Part shown: in pieces, positions 31,478 through 40,455 of the stretch
Layout of the letters: each line of letters opens with the position of its first letter
Position numbering within the stretch: the first letter of the stretch is position 1
From: an uncultured Methylobacterium sp.
GTDB taxonomy: Bacteria > Pseudomonadota > Alphaproteobacteria > Rhizobiales > Beijerinckiaceae
Direction: 5' to 3'
Length of the DNA stretch: 64,000 nucleotides
Assembly: GCF_964244095.1 (NCBI RefSeq)
Contig: NZ_CAXTHR010000002.1
Location: 1,645 to 65,644, forward strand
Made by a program: the position numbers and the translations under genes
Notes under the pieces: model-generated
Told to the model about the DNA's origin: nothing
What the model saw: only the letters and a program-made list of their open reading frames with translations
Database searches by the model: none

Positions 31478-32953
31478 ATGTCCGGACACGCGACACCGCC
31501 CGTCCTGGTCGTCACCGGCGCGCACCCGAAGCTCTACAGCCACGACCTCGCGCCGACTGCGCCGGAGGGGCGGACCTGGGGCGCCTTCAGCATCTTCGCG
31601 ATGTGGATGTCGGACGTGCACTCGGTCGGCGGCTACACCTTCGCCGCGAGCCTGTTCTTCCTCGGGCTGACCGGATGGGAGGTGCTCGCCGCGATGGTGG
31701 TCGGCATCACCATCGTCTACGTCCTGATGAACCTGATCGGGCGCCCGTCTCTGACCTACGGCATCCCCTTCCCCGTCGTCGCGCGGATGTCGTTCGGGGT
31801 GATGGGCGCGAACCTCGCCGCCGTCTTGCGCGGCATCGTCGGCATCGTCTGGTACGGGGTGCAGACCTACTTCGCCTCGAAAGCCGTGCAGGTGCTGGTG
31901 CTCACCTTCTGGCCGGGGGCGGAAGCCTACACCCACGGCAGCATCCTCGGGCTCTCGCCGCTCGGATGGTTCAGCTTCCTCTTCATGTGGGTGTTCCAGT
32001 TGCTGATCTTCCTCAACGGCATGGAGACGATCCGCAAGTTCATCGATTTCTGCGGGCCGGTGGTCTACCTCGTGATGTTCGCGCTCGCGATCTGGATTCT
32101 GGCGCAGACCGGCACGTCGAGCCTGTCGCTGCAGCTCTCGCCCCCGGCCGAGGGCTCGACGCTCAAGCACATCGCCAACGCCGCGATGCTGATCGTCGCC
32201 TACTTCGCGGCGCTGCTCCTGAACTTCGGCGACTTCTCCCGGTTCGCGCGGGACGAGCGGGCGATGAAGGTCGGCAACTTCCTCGGGCTGCCGGTGAACT
32301 TCATCGTGTTCGCGGTCATCACCGTCATCGTCACCGCCGGCACGGTCAAGGTGTTCGGCGAGGCGATCATGGACCCGGTGGCGATCGTGGAGCGCATCGG
32401 CAACCCGTGGGTGGTGGCGCTCGGCTCGATCACCTTCATCGTCGCGACGATGGGCATCAACATCGTCGCGAACTTCGTCTCGCCGGCCTACGACATCGCC
32501 AACCTGAACCCCGAGAAGATCGACTTCCGCACGGGCGGGCTGATCACCTCGGTGCTCTCGGTGCTGGTGTGCCCGTGGCTGTTCGTGCAGAGCCCGCAGG
32601 CGATCACGGTCTTCGTGAGCATCTTCGGCGCGATCCTCGGGCCGATGTTCGGGATCATGGTCGGCGACTACTACCTCGTGAAGAAGCAGAGGATCGTGCT
32701 GGAGGACCTCTACTCCCTGTCGCCGTCCGGCTCGCTCTACTTCGAGGGCGGCTGGAACCGGATGGCGCTGATCGCGCTGGCCGGCTCCGGCTGCGTTTCG
32801 ATCGGGCTGTCGCTCCTCGGCGCCTACGCGGTGATCCCGAACGTCGGCGACTGGGGCTGGCTGATCGGCGCCGCCCTCGGCGCGCTGTTCCACGTTCTGC
32901 TGATGCGCCGGGCGACCGGCCGGCTGCCGCAGCCGGTCCGCGCGGCGGCGTAA
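31478..32953 (+). CDS. NCS1-family nucleobase/allantoin/hydantoin:cation symporter
   Basis: 491 aa with 12 TM segments and NCS1-type motifs (DLAPT...RTWG.FSIFAMW). It is divergent from uraD. Confidence 0.9.
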   Translation: MSGHATPPVLVVTGAHPKLYSHDLAPTAPEGRTWGAFSIFAMWMSDVHSVGGYTFAASLFFLGLTGWEVLAAMVVGITIVYVLMNLIGRPSLTYGIPFPVVARMSFGVMGANLAAVLRGIVGIVWYGVQTYFASKAVQVLVLTFWPGAEAYTHGSILGLSPLGWFSFLFMWVFQLLIFLNGMETIRKFIDFCGPVVYLVMFALAIWILAQTGTSSLSLQLSPPAEGSTLKHIANAAMLIVAYFAALLLNFGDFSRFARDERAMKVGNFLGLPVNFIVFAVITVIVTAGTVKVFGEAIMDPVAIVERIGNPWVVALGSITFIVATMGINIVANFVSPAYDIANLNPEKIDFRTGGLITSVLSVLVCPWLFVQSPQAITVFVSIFGAILGPMFGIMVGDYYLVKKQRIVLEDLYSLSPSGSLYFEGGWNRMALIALAGSGCVSIGLSLLGAYAVIPNVGDWGWLIGAALGALFHVLLMRRATGRLPQPVRAAA

Positions 32954-33011
32954 CCGGTGCGCGATCGACGCGAAGGGACGGGACCACGGCCTGCAAAACG
33001 GGACCGCCCGC

Positions 33012-33503
33012 ATGAACCGCCGCCACATCCTGTCCGCCGGCACCGCGCTCGCCGGCCTCCTCGCCGCGTTCCGCGTCCTCGGCCTGCGCGGTGCCGGGCC
33101 CGCGACGGCCGGACCGTTCGAGGTCGTCAAGAGCGATGCCGCGTGGCGGCAGGAACTCGCGCCCGAGGCCTACGCGATCCTGCGCGGCCACGGCACCGAG
33201 CGCCCGGGATCGAGCCCGCTCAACCGCGAGAAGGCAGCGGGCCGCTTCGCCTGCGCTGCTTGCGACCTGCCGCTGTTTTCCTCGCAGACCAAGTTCGAGA
33301 GCGGCACCGGCTGGCCGAGCTTCTGGGCGCCGCTCGACGGGGCCATCGGCACCACCACCGACACCGCCTGGGGCATGAGCCGCACGGAGGTGCATTGCCG
33401 CCGCTGCGGCGGCCATCTCGGCCACGTCTTCGCCGACGGCCCGCCGCCGACCGGCCAACGCTACTGCATGAACGGCGCCGGCCTGCGCTTCCACCCGGCC
33501 TGA
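33012..33503 (+). CDS. msrB: peptide-methionine (R)-S-oxide reductase with a twin-arginine-like signal
   Basis: Contains the SelR motifs CAACDLPLFSS..KF.SGTGWPSF and RTEVHCRRCGGHLGHVF. The N-terminus is MNRRHILSAGTALAGLLAA. Confidence 0.92.
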   Translation: MNRRHILSAGTALAGLLAAFRVLGLRGAGPATAGPFEVVKSDAAWRQELAPEAYAILRGHGTERPGSSPLNREKAAGRFACAACDLPLFSSQTKFESGTGWPSFWAPLDGAIGTTTDTAWGMSRTEVHCRRCGGHLGHVFADGPPPTGQRYCMNGAGLRFHPA

Positions 33504-33528
33504 CCGCCTTCCCCTTGAGGAGATCGCC

Positions 33529-34305
33529 ATGTCCACGAACACCGGCAAGTCCACGAACCCAGTCTCCACGAACCCAGCCTCCACGAACCGCGACAGGACC
33601 GGCCTGCGCGCGGTCGGCCTCGCCACCGCCGCCGGGCTCGGGCTGATGGCCGCCGCCTTCGGCCTGCGCGGCTTCGCCTCCGCGGAGGAAGCCGGCCGGC
33701 GCCTGCCGGAGGCGGCGGTCACCGCTGAGGAGAGCGGCCTGCGGACCGCGACGCTCGCCGGCGGCTGCTTCTGGGGCGTGCAGGGGGTGTTCCAGCACGT
33801 GCGCGGCGTCCGCCAAGCGGTCTCGGGCTATGCCGGCGGCGACGCGGCGGACGCGCGCTACGGCGCGGTCAGCACCGGCGGCACGGCGCATGCCGAGGCG
33901 GTGCGCGTCACTTACGACCCGGCCGTGATCCGCTACGACGAGCTGCTCAGGATCTTCTTCTCGGTGGCGCTCGACCCGACGCAGGTGAACCGCCAGGGCC
34001 CGGATTCCGGCCCGCAATACCGCTCCGCGATCTTCCCGGCGGACGCGGGCCAAGCCAGGGTCGCCGCCGCCTACATCGCCCAGCTCGACGCGGCCCGCAC
34101 CTACGGCCGGCCGATCGCCACGCGGATCGAGCCGCAGGCCGCGTTCTACCCGGCCGAAGGCTACCACCAGGACTTCATGGCAAGCCATCCGAACCATCCC
34201 TACATCGCGGCCAACGATGCCCCGAAGCTGCGCGACCTCCGCAGCCTGTTCCCCGAGCGCACCACCCCGGAGCCGGTCCTGGTCGGCGGCCGACCGCCGT
34301 CCTGA
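33529..34305 (+). CDS. msrA: peptide-methionine (S)-S-oxide reductase with an N-terminal signal/anchor
   Basis: Contains the GGCFWGVQ active site, AEAV.V.YDP and GYHQ. The N-terminal STN-repeat region is followed by a hydrophobic segment. Confidence 0.92.
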   Translation: MSTNTGKSTNPVSTNPASTNRDRTGLRAVGLATAAGLGLMAAAFGLRGFASAEEAGRRLPEAAVTAEESGLRTATLAGGCFWGVQGVFQHVRGVRQAVSGYAGGDAADARYGAVSTGGTAHAEAVRVTYDPAVIRYDELLRIFFSVALDPTQVNRQGPDSGPQYRSAIFPADAGQARVAAAYIAQLDAARTYGRPIATRIEPQAAFYPAEGYHQDFMASHPNHPYIAANDAPKLRDLRSLFPERTTPEPVLVGGRPPS

Positions 34306-34431
34306 GGGCTGGCAAAGCGCGTGGGGACCGCGCTGGGCCGAAGCGGTCGCGGGCCAGCCGGCGCCCCTCCGCGCGTCGCGTCACGGTCCCGCCTTCTCAA
34401 GGTCTTTGCGCCATGCTATCCGGCGCCGGTC

Positions 34432-34505
34432 GCGGGTGTAGCTCAATGGTAGAGCAGCAGCCTTCCAAGCTGAATACCCGGGTTCGATTCCCGGTACCCG
34501 CTCCA
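34432..34505 (+). tRNA. tRNA-Gly (anticodon UCC)
   Basis: The cloverleaf was read by hand. Acceptor GCGGGTG / TACCCGC, D arm GCTC-AATGGTA-GAGC, anticodon loop CTTCCAA, T arm CCGGG-TTCGATT-CCCGG, and an encoded CCA end. Confidence 0.95.
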
Positions 34506-34739
34506 ATCCCCGTCGGCGATCTTACAACGCAGCACGTGCAGCGTTCGGGGCGGCGTCCGCACCTGCCTCCGCGCCCGTCGGCAAGGCCCGACCCGGCATC
34601 GATACGACCCCCGGGCCGTACCGAGCCCGCGCTCTGATTCGGCCGACGAAGCCCGATCCCGTTCGGCGCAACCTCCCTCTTTTCCATCCAGGCAAAGGGG
34701 CACGCGCGCGGTCCGGCACGCCGCGCGCGCGGGCACAGT

Positions 34740-35405
34740 TCAGGTGTGCGCGAAGACGTCGGTGTCGGGCCAGCCGTCGAGGTCGAGCCGGGCGCGGGTG
34801 GGCAGGAAGTCGAAGCACGCCTGGGCGAGGTCGGCGCGGTTCTCGCGGGCCAGCATCCGGTCCAGGCGGTCGCGGGCGGCGTGGAGGTGGAGCACGTCCG
34901 AGGCCGCGTAGTCGACCTGGGCCTGGCTCAGGGTCTCGGCGCCCCAGTCCGAGGATTGCTGCTGCTTCGAGAGGTCGACGCCGACGAGTTCGCGGACCAC
35001 GTCCTTGAGCCCGTGGCGGTCGGTGTAGGTGCGCGCGAGCTTCGAGGCGATCTTGGTGCAGTAGACCGGCGCCGGCATCACGCCCAGCGCGCGGAACAGC
35101 ACCGCGAGGTCGAAGCGCGCGAAGTGGAAGATCTTCCGGACGCTGCGATCGGCGAGCACGGCCTTCAGCACCGCGGGCGCCGGCCCGTCGCGCAGGATCT
35201 GAACGATGTCGGCCGTGCCGTCGCCGCGCGAGACCTGGACCACGCAGAGCCGGTCCCGGTGCGGGTTGAGCCCAAGCGTCTCGGTGTCGACGGCCACCGC
35301 CGCGCCCGGGTCGAAGCCGGCGGGCAGGTCGCCGCGGTGGAGGCGGATGGTGGGCGGGCTCGGCATGGTCGCGTCCGTCGCGGGCGGAAGGCCGGCGGGT
35401 ATCAC
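34740..35405 (-). CDS. rnd: ribonuclease D-like 3'-5' exonuclease (short form)
   Basis: Contains DEDD motifs (VAVDTETLGL, HFARFDL, YAASDVLHL). The start may be MPSPPTI at 35366. Confidence 0.85.
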   Translation of the reverse strand: MIPAGLPPATDATMPSPPTIRLHRGDLPAGFDPGAAVAVDTETLGLNPHRDRLCVVQVSRGDGTADIVQILRDGPAPAVLKAVLADRSVRKIFHFARFDLAVLFRALGVMPAPVYCTKIASKLARTYTDRHGLKDVVRELVGVDLSKQQQSSDWGAETLSQAQVDYAASDVLHLHAARDRLDRMLARENRADLAQACFDFLPTRARLDLDGWPDTDVFAHT

Positions 35406-35469
35406 CCGGCCTCCCCTCCGGCAAGGCGCGCGGCTGCCGGGGCCGCGGGCCGGGGCCGGTCCCGGACCG

Positions 35470-35847
35470 TCACTTCTGCCGGGCGATGATCCTGTCCTTG
35501 ATGCCGTCGTAGACCGATTGCGGGAGGACCTTCTTCGAGACCAGTTCGTCCTTGCCCTTGTAGGGGCGGCCCTTGATGATCGCCGCCGCGCGTGCCGCGC
35601 CGATGCCGGGCAGCGCGTCGAGTTCGGCGCTCGTCGCGCTGTTGAGGTCGATCAAGGCGCCCTTGGCGGCGTTCGGCGATCCGGCGACGGGGGCGCTGGG
35701 TTTCGTCGGCGCGGTGGGCGCGGCCGGCGCCGTCGGGGCGGGCCTGGACGGGGCCGAGGGGGCGGGCGTCTGCGCCAGCGCCGGGGCGGCGGCGAGGCAC
35801 GACAGCACGGCGAGCGCGCGCAGGAACGAGGTGTGGGACGAGGCCAT
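35470..35847 (-). CDS. ComEA-like helix-hairpin-helix DNA-binding protein, exported
   Basis: It has a signal peptide (LAVLSCLAAAPALA), a Pro/Ala-rich linker, and the HhH motif IDLNSATSAELDALPGIGAARAAAII. Confidence 0.75.
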   Translation of the reverse strand: MASSHTSFLRALAVLSCLAAAPALAQTPAPSAPSRPAPTAPAAPTAPTKPSAPVAGSPNAAKGALIDLNSATSAELDALPGIGAARAAAIIKGRPYKGKDELVSKKVLPQSVYDGIKDRIIARQK

Positions 35848-36014
35848 GGCGGTACTCCCGAAGGAACGACGGCCCGATGCCCGGCGCCGACCACGCCCGG
35901 TGTGAGCCGCGCCGCTTGAACCCCGGCTTAACGCACCGGCCGCGTGGTCGCCGGGGTTCGCACGCACCGGCGGTTCACGCCCGCCGGGCCGGCGGGATAC
36001 GGCGGATCGCGCCG

Positions 36015-37229
36015 TCAGGCGAACGTCTTGCGCGGGTCGAAGGCGTCGCGCACCGCCTCGCCGGCGAAGACGAGCAGGCTCAGCATCGCGGCGATCACCA
36101 GGAAGCCGGACAGCCCGAGCCAGGGGGCGGTGAGGTTGTCCTTGCCCTGCGCCAGCAACTCGCCGAGCGAGGGCGAGCCGGGGGGCAGGCCGAAGCCGAG
36201 GAAGTCGAGCGAGGTCAGGGTGGTGATCGAGCCGTTGAGGATGAACGGCAGGAAGGTCAGCGTCGCCACCATGGCGTTCGGCAGCAGGTGCGCAGCCATG
36301 ATGCGCAGGTTCGACAGGCCGAGCGCCCGCGCGGCGCGGACGTACTCGAAGTTGCGCGCGCGCAGGAACTCGGCCCGCACCACGCTGACCAGCGCCACCC
36401 ACGAGAACAGCAGCATGATCCCGAGCAGGACGAAGAAGCCCGGCGCGATGAAGGCCGAGATGATGATGATGAGGTACAAGGTCGGGATGCCGCCCCAGAC
36501 CTCGATGAACCGCTGGAACGCGAGGTCGACCCAGCCGCCGAAATAGCCCTGCACGGCGCCGGCGATCACCCCGATCACCGAGGAGACCGCGGCGAGGATC
36601 AGCCCGAACAGCACCGAGATGCGGAAGCCGTAGATCACGCGGGCGAGCACGTCGCGGGTGGTGTTGTCGGTGCCGAGCCAGTGCCGGGGAAGGCTCGAAC
36701 AGCCGGCGCCGGGCCGCGTCTCCGCGGCGCGGCACTGCGCGTCGGTGAGCATCCAGGTCGGCGGCGAGGGCGAGGGCGTCGGCAGGCCGTCGTTGATGGT
36801 GTCGTAGGAGAACGGGATCGGCGGCCACACCGCCCAGCCGTTCTCCGCGATCTCCCTGGCGATCTCGGGGGTGCGGTAGTCGGTCCGCGCGAGGAAACCG
36901 CCGAACTTCTCCTCCGGATAGTCGATCAGCACCGGAAACAGCCACTCCCCCTTGTAGGCGGCGACGATCGGCCGGTCGTTGGCGATGATCTCGGCAAAAA
37001 GGCTGACGAGGAACAGCCCGGAAAAGATCAGGAACGAGACGTAGCCGAGGCGGTTACGCCGGAAGTTCTCCAGGCGGCGGCGGTTGAGGGGCGACAGGCC
37101 GCCGCGGCGCGGCCCGCCCGGCGAAGGCGTCTGAGGCAGGCCCGCGCCCGGGCGCAGGACGATCGGCTGCGCGCCGGGCATCGGCGCGGAGACGGCTTCG
37201 GCTTCGGTAGGGCGGGCGATCTCGTTCAT
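36015..37229 (-). CDS. yejE: ABC transporter permease, YejE-like (oligopeptide/microcin C type)
   Basis: Start at MNEIARP. It has a large periplasmic loop after TM1 and an EAA-type loop (ARALGLSNLRIMAAHLLPN). No partner permease, ATPase or binding-protein gene is adjacent. Confidence 0.8.
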   Translation of the reverse strand: MNEIARPTEAEAVSAPMPGAQPIVLRPGAGLPQTPSPGGPRRGGLSPLNRRRLENFRRNRLGYVSFLIFSGLFLVSLFAEIIANDRPIVAAYKGEWLFPVLIDYPEEKFGGFLARTDYRTPEIAREIAENGWAVWPPIPFSYDTINDGLPTPSPSPPTWMLTDAQCRAAETRPGAGCSSLPRHWLGTDNTTRDVLARVIYGFRISVLFGLILAAVSSVIGVIAGAVQGYFGGWVDLAFQRFIEVWGGIPTLYLIIIISAFIAPGFFVLLGIMLLFSWVALVSVVRAEFLRARNFEYVRAARALGLSNLRIMAAHLLPNAMVATLTFLPFILNGSITTLTSLDFLGFGLPPGSPSLGELLAQGKDNLTAPWLGLSGFLVIAAMLSLLVFAGEAVRDAFDPRKTFA

Positions 37230-37288
37230 CGATCGCGGCTCCGTCGACCCGTCCGGACCATTGCCGCAGGGATCGCGCGACGCGCGAC

Positions 37289-37327
37289 GCACTCCCTCCC
37301 CCCGCGGAGGGGTGAGGGAAGGGCGCC
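37289..37327. repeat. solo terminal-hairpin module (S4)
   Basis: GCACTCCCTCCCCCCGCGGAGGGGTGAGGGAAGGGCGC, immediately upstream of yejE. Confidence 0.7.
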
Positions 37328-37341
37328 GTCGCGAAAAGCGG

Positions 37342-37860
37342 TCAGCCGTCGAGGCGCACGGCCGTGCCGTCGATCTCGTTCGGGCGCACCCCGCCGTCGC
37401 GCTCCATCCAGCGCCGCAGCAGCCGGACGTTGCGGCGGTTGGCCTTGAAGGCCGCGTCGAACAGGTCGCCGGCCAGGGGCACGAGGCCGATCGCCCCGTC
37501 GAAGGCGACGTTCAGCGCCATCCGCGCGATCAGCCGGCGCGGCGCCCCGAGGCGGCGCGCCTCGGCGACGATGTAGGACGAGATCACCATGCCGGCGATG
37601 TCGCCGACCACCGGCACGAGGCCGATGATCGCCTCGATGCCGATCCGGCGGTTGAGGCCGGGGATCAGGAAGGCGGAATCGAGCAGGTGCGCCAGCGCCT
37701 CCAGCCGGGCGAGGCTCGCCTCCCGGCTCGGGTCGGCGCTGCGGGACGGCGCATTCGCGCGCCAAGTCCGCGAGAAGGTCTGCGAAGAATCCATCGCGGG
37801 AATCCGGGAAGCGAGGGCGGCCATGCGCGCAGATGTGGTCCCGCCGCCCGGTCCCGGCAA
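37342..37860 (-). CDS. DUF4112-domain membrane protein
   Basis: The conserved core LDSAFLIPGLNRRIGIEAIIGLVPVVGDIAGMVISSYIV.EA...G matches the DUF4112 pattern. The start is uncertain (37860 or 37794). Confidence 0.7.
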   Translation of the reverse strand: MPGPGGGTTSARMAALASRIPAMDSSQTFSRTWRANAPSRSADPSREASLARLEALAHLLDSAFLIPGLNRRIGIEAIIGLVPVVGDIAGMVISSYIVAEARRLGAPRRLIARMALNVAFDGAIGLVPLAGDLFDAAFKANRRNVRLLRRWMERDGGVRPNEIDGTAVRLDG

Positions 37861-37867
37861 GGAGGCG

Positions 37868-37996
37868 GACCCCGACGAGGCCCTGATCCGGATCGTCGGG
37901 AAGACCCTGGCCGAGGTCGATCGCGCCGTGCGCGCGGGCGCATGCCGGCATCGTCTCGAACGCCGTGGTCGGCGGATCGGAGAGGACCGGGTTCAT
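37868..37996 (-). pseudogene. N-terminal remnant of a class I/II (YbdL-like) aminotransferase gene
   Basis: MNPVLSDPPTTAFETMPACARAHGAIDLGQGLPDDPD matches the conserved aminotransferase N-terminus (..T.F..M...A...GAINLGQGFPD..). The similarity ends after about 43 codons and the rest of the gene is absent. Confidence 0.5.
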
Positions 37997-38190
37997 GCGC
38001 GGCGGATACGCCCGCCCGGCGAGGTGTGGGCCTAAGCTGCGTCGGGAAGCGTGCATCGGCGGCGTAATCGACCTCGGCTGCGGAGACCCGCCCCGTCGTG
38101 GCGTTTCGAGACCCTGTACCATGGCCGCTCGCCTCGAGCGACACGTGCGCAAGCGCACGCGGCCGCCGCGTTCCGGCAGCGGGCGATTCT

Positions 38191-38226
38191 GACGAATGTT
38201 GACATTCGTCAATCGTGAGGTAATTT
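38191..38226 (+). promoter_or_regulatory. sigma70-type promoter (TTGACA-N16-TAATTT) embedded in a perfect 20-bp palindrome
   Basis: GACGAATGT-TG-ACATTCGTC (38191-38210) overlaps the -35 TTGACA (38199-38204). The -10 TAATTT is at 38221-38226. The segment is unusually AT-rich for this window. Confidence 0.45.
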
Positions 38227-38232
38227 GCACGG

Positions 38233-38342
38233 ACACGGCCGGGACGGTCCCCGTCGGGGCTGGACTTCGCCCCCTCGTTCCGCGCCTTCGGGGTGCCGGA
38301 CCGGTCGTGGAGAGGCCCGCCAATCCGTTGGCGGGCCTTTTC
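38233..38342 (+). ncRNA. candidate small RNA of about 110 nt (family not recognised)
   Basis: It is bounded by the promoter above and an intrinsic terminator. The internal hairpins GGGGC-TGGACTTC-GCCCC and GCGCC-TTCG-GGGTGC are readable. No credible ORF. Confidence 0.4.
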
Positions 38343-38348
38343 GCGTTT
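38314..38348 (+). terminator. rho-independent terminator
   Basis: GGCCCGCC-AATCCGTT-GGCGGGCC followed by TTTTCGCGTTT. Confidence 0.6.
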
Positions 38349-38816
38349 CCGGGGCGGCGCCCATCGCCCGGCGGAGCGGCGCGACCGGGCCAGCAACACG
38401 GCCGAAACCCCGATGCCGCACTGACGACGCATTGGCGGGCCAGGGCTCGAGCGAACGAGGATTCGGGCGAACGCGGGCTCGGGCGATGGCGGCAAGCAAA
38501 CCCGCAGACCCCGATCTCGGCCGCCGCGCGGCGGGGACCCAAGCATCCTTGCGCGAAGTGGCCGCCGGTTCGCGCGAGACAATGATGCGTCACCAGGGAG
38601 ACCGAAGCAGGCATGCGTAGGCGAAGCCACGAAAGCCCGCTTCGCCCGCACGACGATGCCGCAAGGCGGGGTGCGTTCGGATGCTGTACACCTGCCGGCC
38701 CGCACGATGCCGGGTCGGCGAAGCGCCCCGGACCGCTGCGGCGTGGTCCTCCGGGCCGGACGGTAGGGGATCGGGCGCAGTCCCAGAGGCGGCGTCGGAA
38801 CGTGGTCTGACCAAGC

Positions 38817-40139
38817 ATGAATGAGAGCTCACCCATCCGGACCGAGACGGCGCGTGCGTTCCAGCCGGAGCCCCCGGTTCGGGCGCGGCGCCGCCTTGGC
38901 CGCTGGATGCTGCTGCTGCTCGCCCTGCTCGCGGCCGGCGCGGTCGCCCACCGCTGGTACGACGGGCGCACGCAGGTGGCGGGCGACGCTGGGACGACGC
39001 CGGGCAAGGGCGGCCGCGGCAGCGGCCGGCGCGGCGGCGGCGACCTGCCCCAGGCGGTCGGCATCGCGCAGGTCGCCACCGGCGACGTCCCCGTGGTGCT
39101 CCAGGGCCTCGGCACGGTGACGCCGCTCGCCACCGTGACCGTGAAGTCGCAGATCAGCGGCTACCTCACCGAGATCGGTTTTCGCGAAGGGCAGACCGTG
39201 AAACGCGGCGACTACCTCGCCCAGGTCGACGCGCGGCCCTACGAGGCGCTGCTCGCCCAGTACCAGGGCCAGCTCGCCCGCGATCAGGCGCTGCTCCAGA
39301 ACACGAAGCTCGATCTGGCCCGCTTCCAGCGGCTCGCGCAGCAGGACTCGATCTCGAAGCAGAACGTCGACACGCAAGGGGCGCTGGTGAAGCAGACCGA
39401 GGGCACGGTCGCCTCCGACCAGGCGCTCGTCGACCAGCAGCGGCTCAACATCGCCTACGCCCGCATCACCTCGCCGGTCGAGGGCCGGGTGGGCCTGCGG
39501 CAGGTCGATCAGGGCAACTACATCACGGCGGCCTCGACCAGCATCGTCGTCGTCACCCAGCTCCACCCGATCTCGGTGGTGTTCACGCTGCCCGAGGACG
39601 ACGTCTCGCGGGTGATGCGGCGGGTGCGCTCGGGTGCCAAGCTCGCGGTGCGCGCCTACGACCGCGGCGATGCCCACGAGATCGCCACGGGTACGCTCGA
39701 CACCGTCGACAACCAGATCGACGTCACCACCGGCACGGTGCGCCTGCGGGCGCTGTTCGAGAACCAGGACGAGGAGCTGTTCCCGAACCAGTTCGTCAAC
39801 GCCAAGCTCACCGTCGACACGGTGACGAACGCGGCCCTCGTGCCCAACGCCGCGATCCTCCAGGGCACGCCGGGCACCTACGTCTACCTGATGGACGGCG
39901 ACGAGAAGGTCGTCATGCGCCCGATCAAGACGGGCGAGACCGACGGCGCCCGCACCGTCGTGCTCTCGGGTCTCCAGGCCGGCGACCGCATCGTCACCGA
40001 CGGCACCGACCGCCTGCGCGACGGCGCGCCGGTGCGGATCACCGCAGGGCAGCAGACCGCGGACGGAAAGCCCGTCGAGCCCGCCGCAGCCCCGCCCGAG
40101 GGCGGCCAGAGGCGCGGACGCCGGCGGCAGCAGCAGTGA
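38817..40139 (+). CDS. mdtA: RND efflux periplasmic adaptor (MdtA-like)
   Basis: 440 aa with an N-terminal TM segment, lipoyl/hairpin/beta-barrel motifs (GTVTPLATVTVKSQISGYL..I.F.EGQ.VK.GD.LA.VD, ITSP.EGRVG), and a basic C-terminal tail. Confidence 0.92.
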   Translation: MNESSPIRTETARAFQPEPPVRARRRLGRWMLLLLALLAAGAVAHRWYDGRTQVAGDAGTTPGKGGRGSGRRGGGDLPQAVGIAQVATGDVPVVLQGLGTVTPLATVTVKSQISGYLTEIGFREGQTVKRGDYLAQVDARPYEALLAQYQGQLARDQALLQNTKLDLARFQRLAQQDSISKQNVDTQGALVKQTEGTVASDQALVDQQRLNIAYARITSPVEGRVGLRQVDQGNYITAASTSIVVVTQLHPISVVFTLPEDDVSRVMRRVRSGAKLAVRAYDRGDAHEIATGTLDTVDNQIDVTTGTVRLRALFENQDEELFPNQFVNAKLTVDTVTNAALVPNAAILQGTPGTYVYLMDGDEKVVMRPIKTGETDGARTVVLSGLQAGDRIVTDGTDRLRDGAPVRITAGQQTADGKPVEPAAAPPEGGQRRGRRRQQQ

Positions 40140-40157
40140 GTCGGAGCGGACATGCCG

Positions 40158-40366
40158 CGCGTTCCCCCTCGCCCCGCCTGCGGGGAGAGGCCCGGCTGCA
40201 CCCTGCCGTGCAGCCGGGAAGCGCAGGCGAAGCCGAAGCGACGGTGAGGGGGCGATGCCGGAGGAGGCTTCTCCGTTCGCGCCCCCTCACCGTCGGCTGC
40301 CGCCTCGCCGCGCCGACGGCGAGGTCGTCGCGGCCCTCTCCCCGCAGGCGGGGCGAGGGGATGCGC
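40158..40366 (+). repeat. family B element, copy B2 (mdtA-mdtB gap)
   Basis: It aligns over its full length with B1, with B4, and with the reverse complement of B3. Confidence 0.9.
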
Positions 40367-40455
40367 ACCCGCCGCCGCGGTGGACGCACCGATGTATGCG
40401 TCTGCAAATCCGCAAAGAGGGGAATGATGGCGCGGCGCGCCCGTGAGGACCGCGC

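Noticed and set aside
34432-34739. tRNA-Gly, considered as an integration site for a genomic island.
   Set aside because: There is no integrase gene, no duplicated tRNA 3' segment downstream and no compositional shift. The flanking genes (msrA, rnd) are ordinary core genes.
38191-38816. The non-coding stretch upstream of mdtA, considered as tmRNA, RNase P RNA, SRP RNA, 6S RNA, or a guanidine, fluoride or cobalamin riboswitch.
   Set aside because: None of the hallmark motifs I know is present. I found no T-loop GGTTCGA with a CCA end or an ANDN-type tag ORF, no GAGGAAAGTCC, no SRP domain IV motif, no paired ACGR tetraloop hairpins, and no B12 box. It is kept only as an unclassified sRNA or leader candidate.
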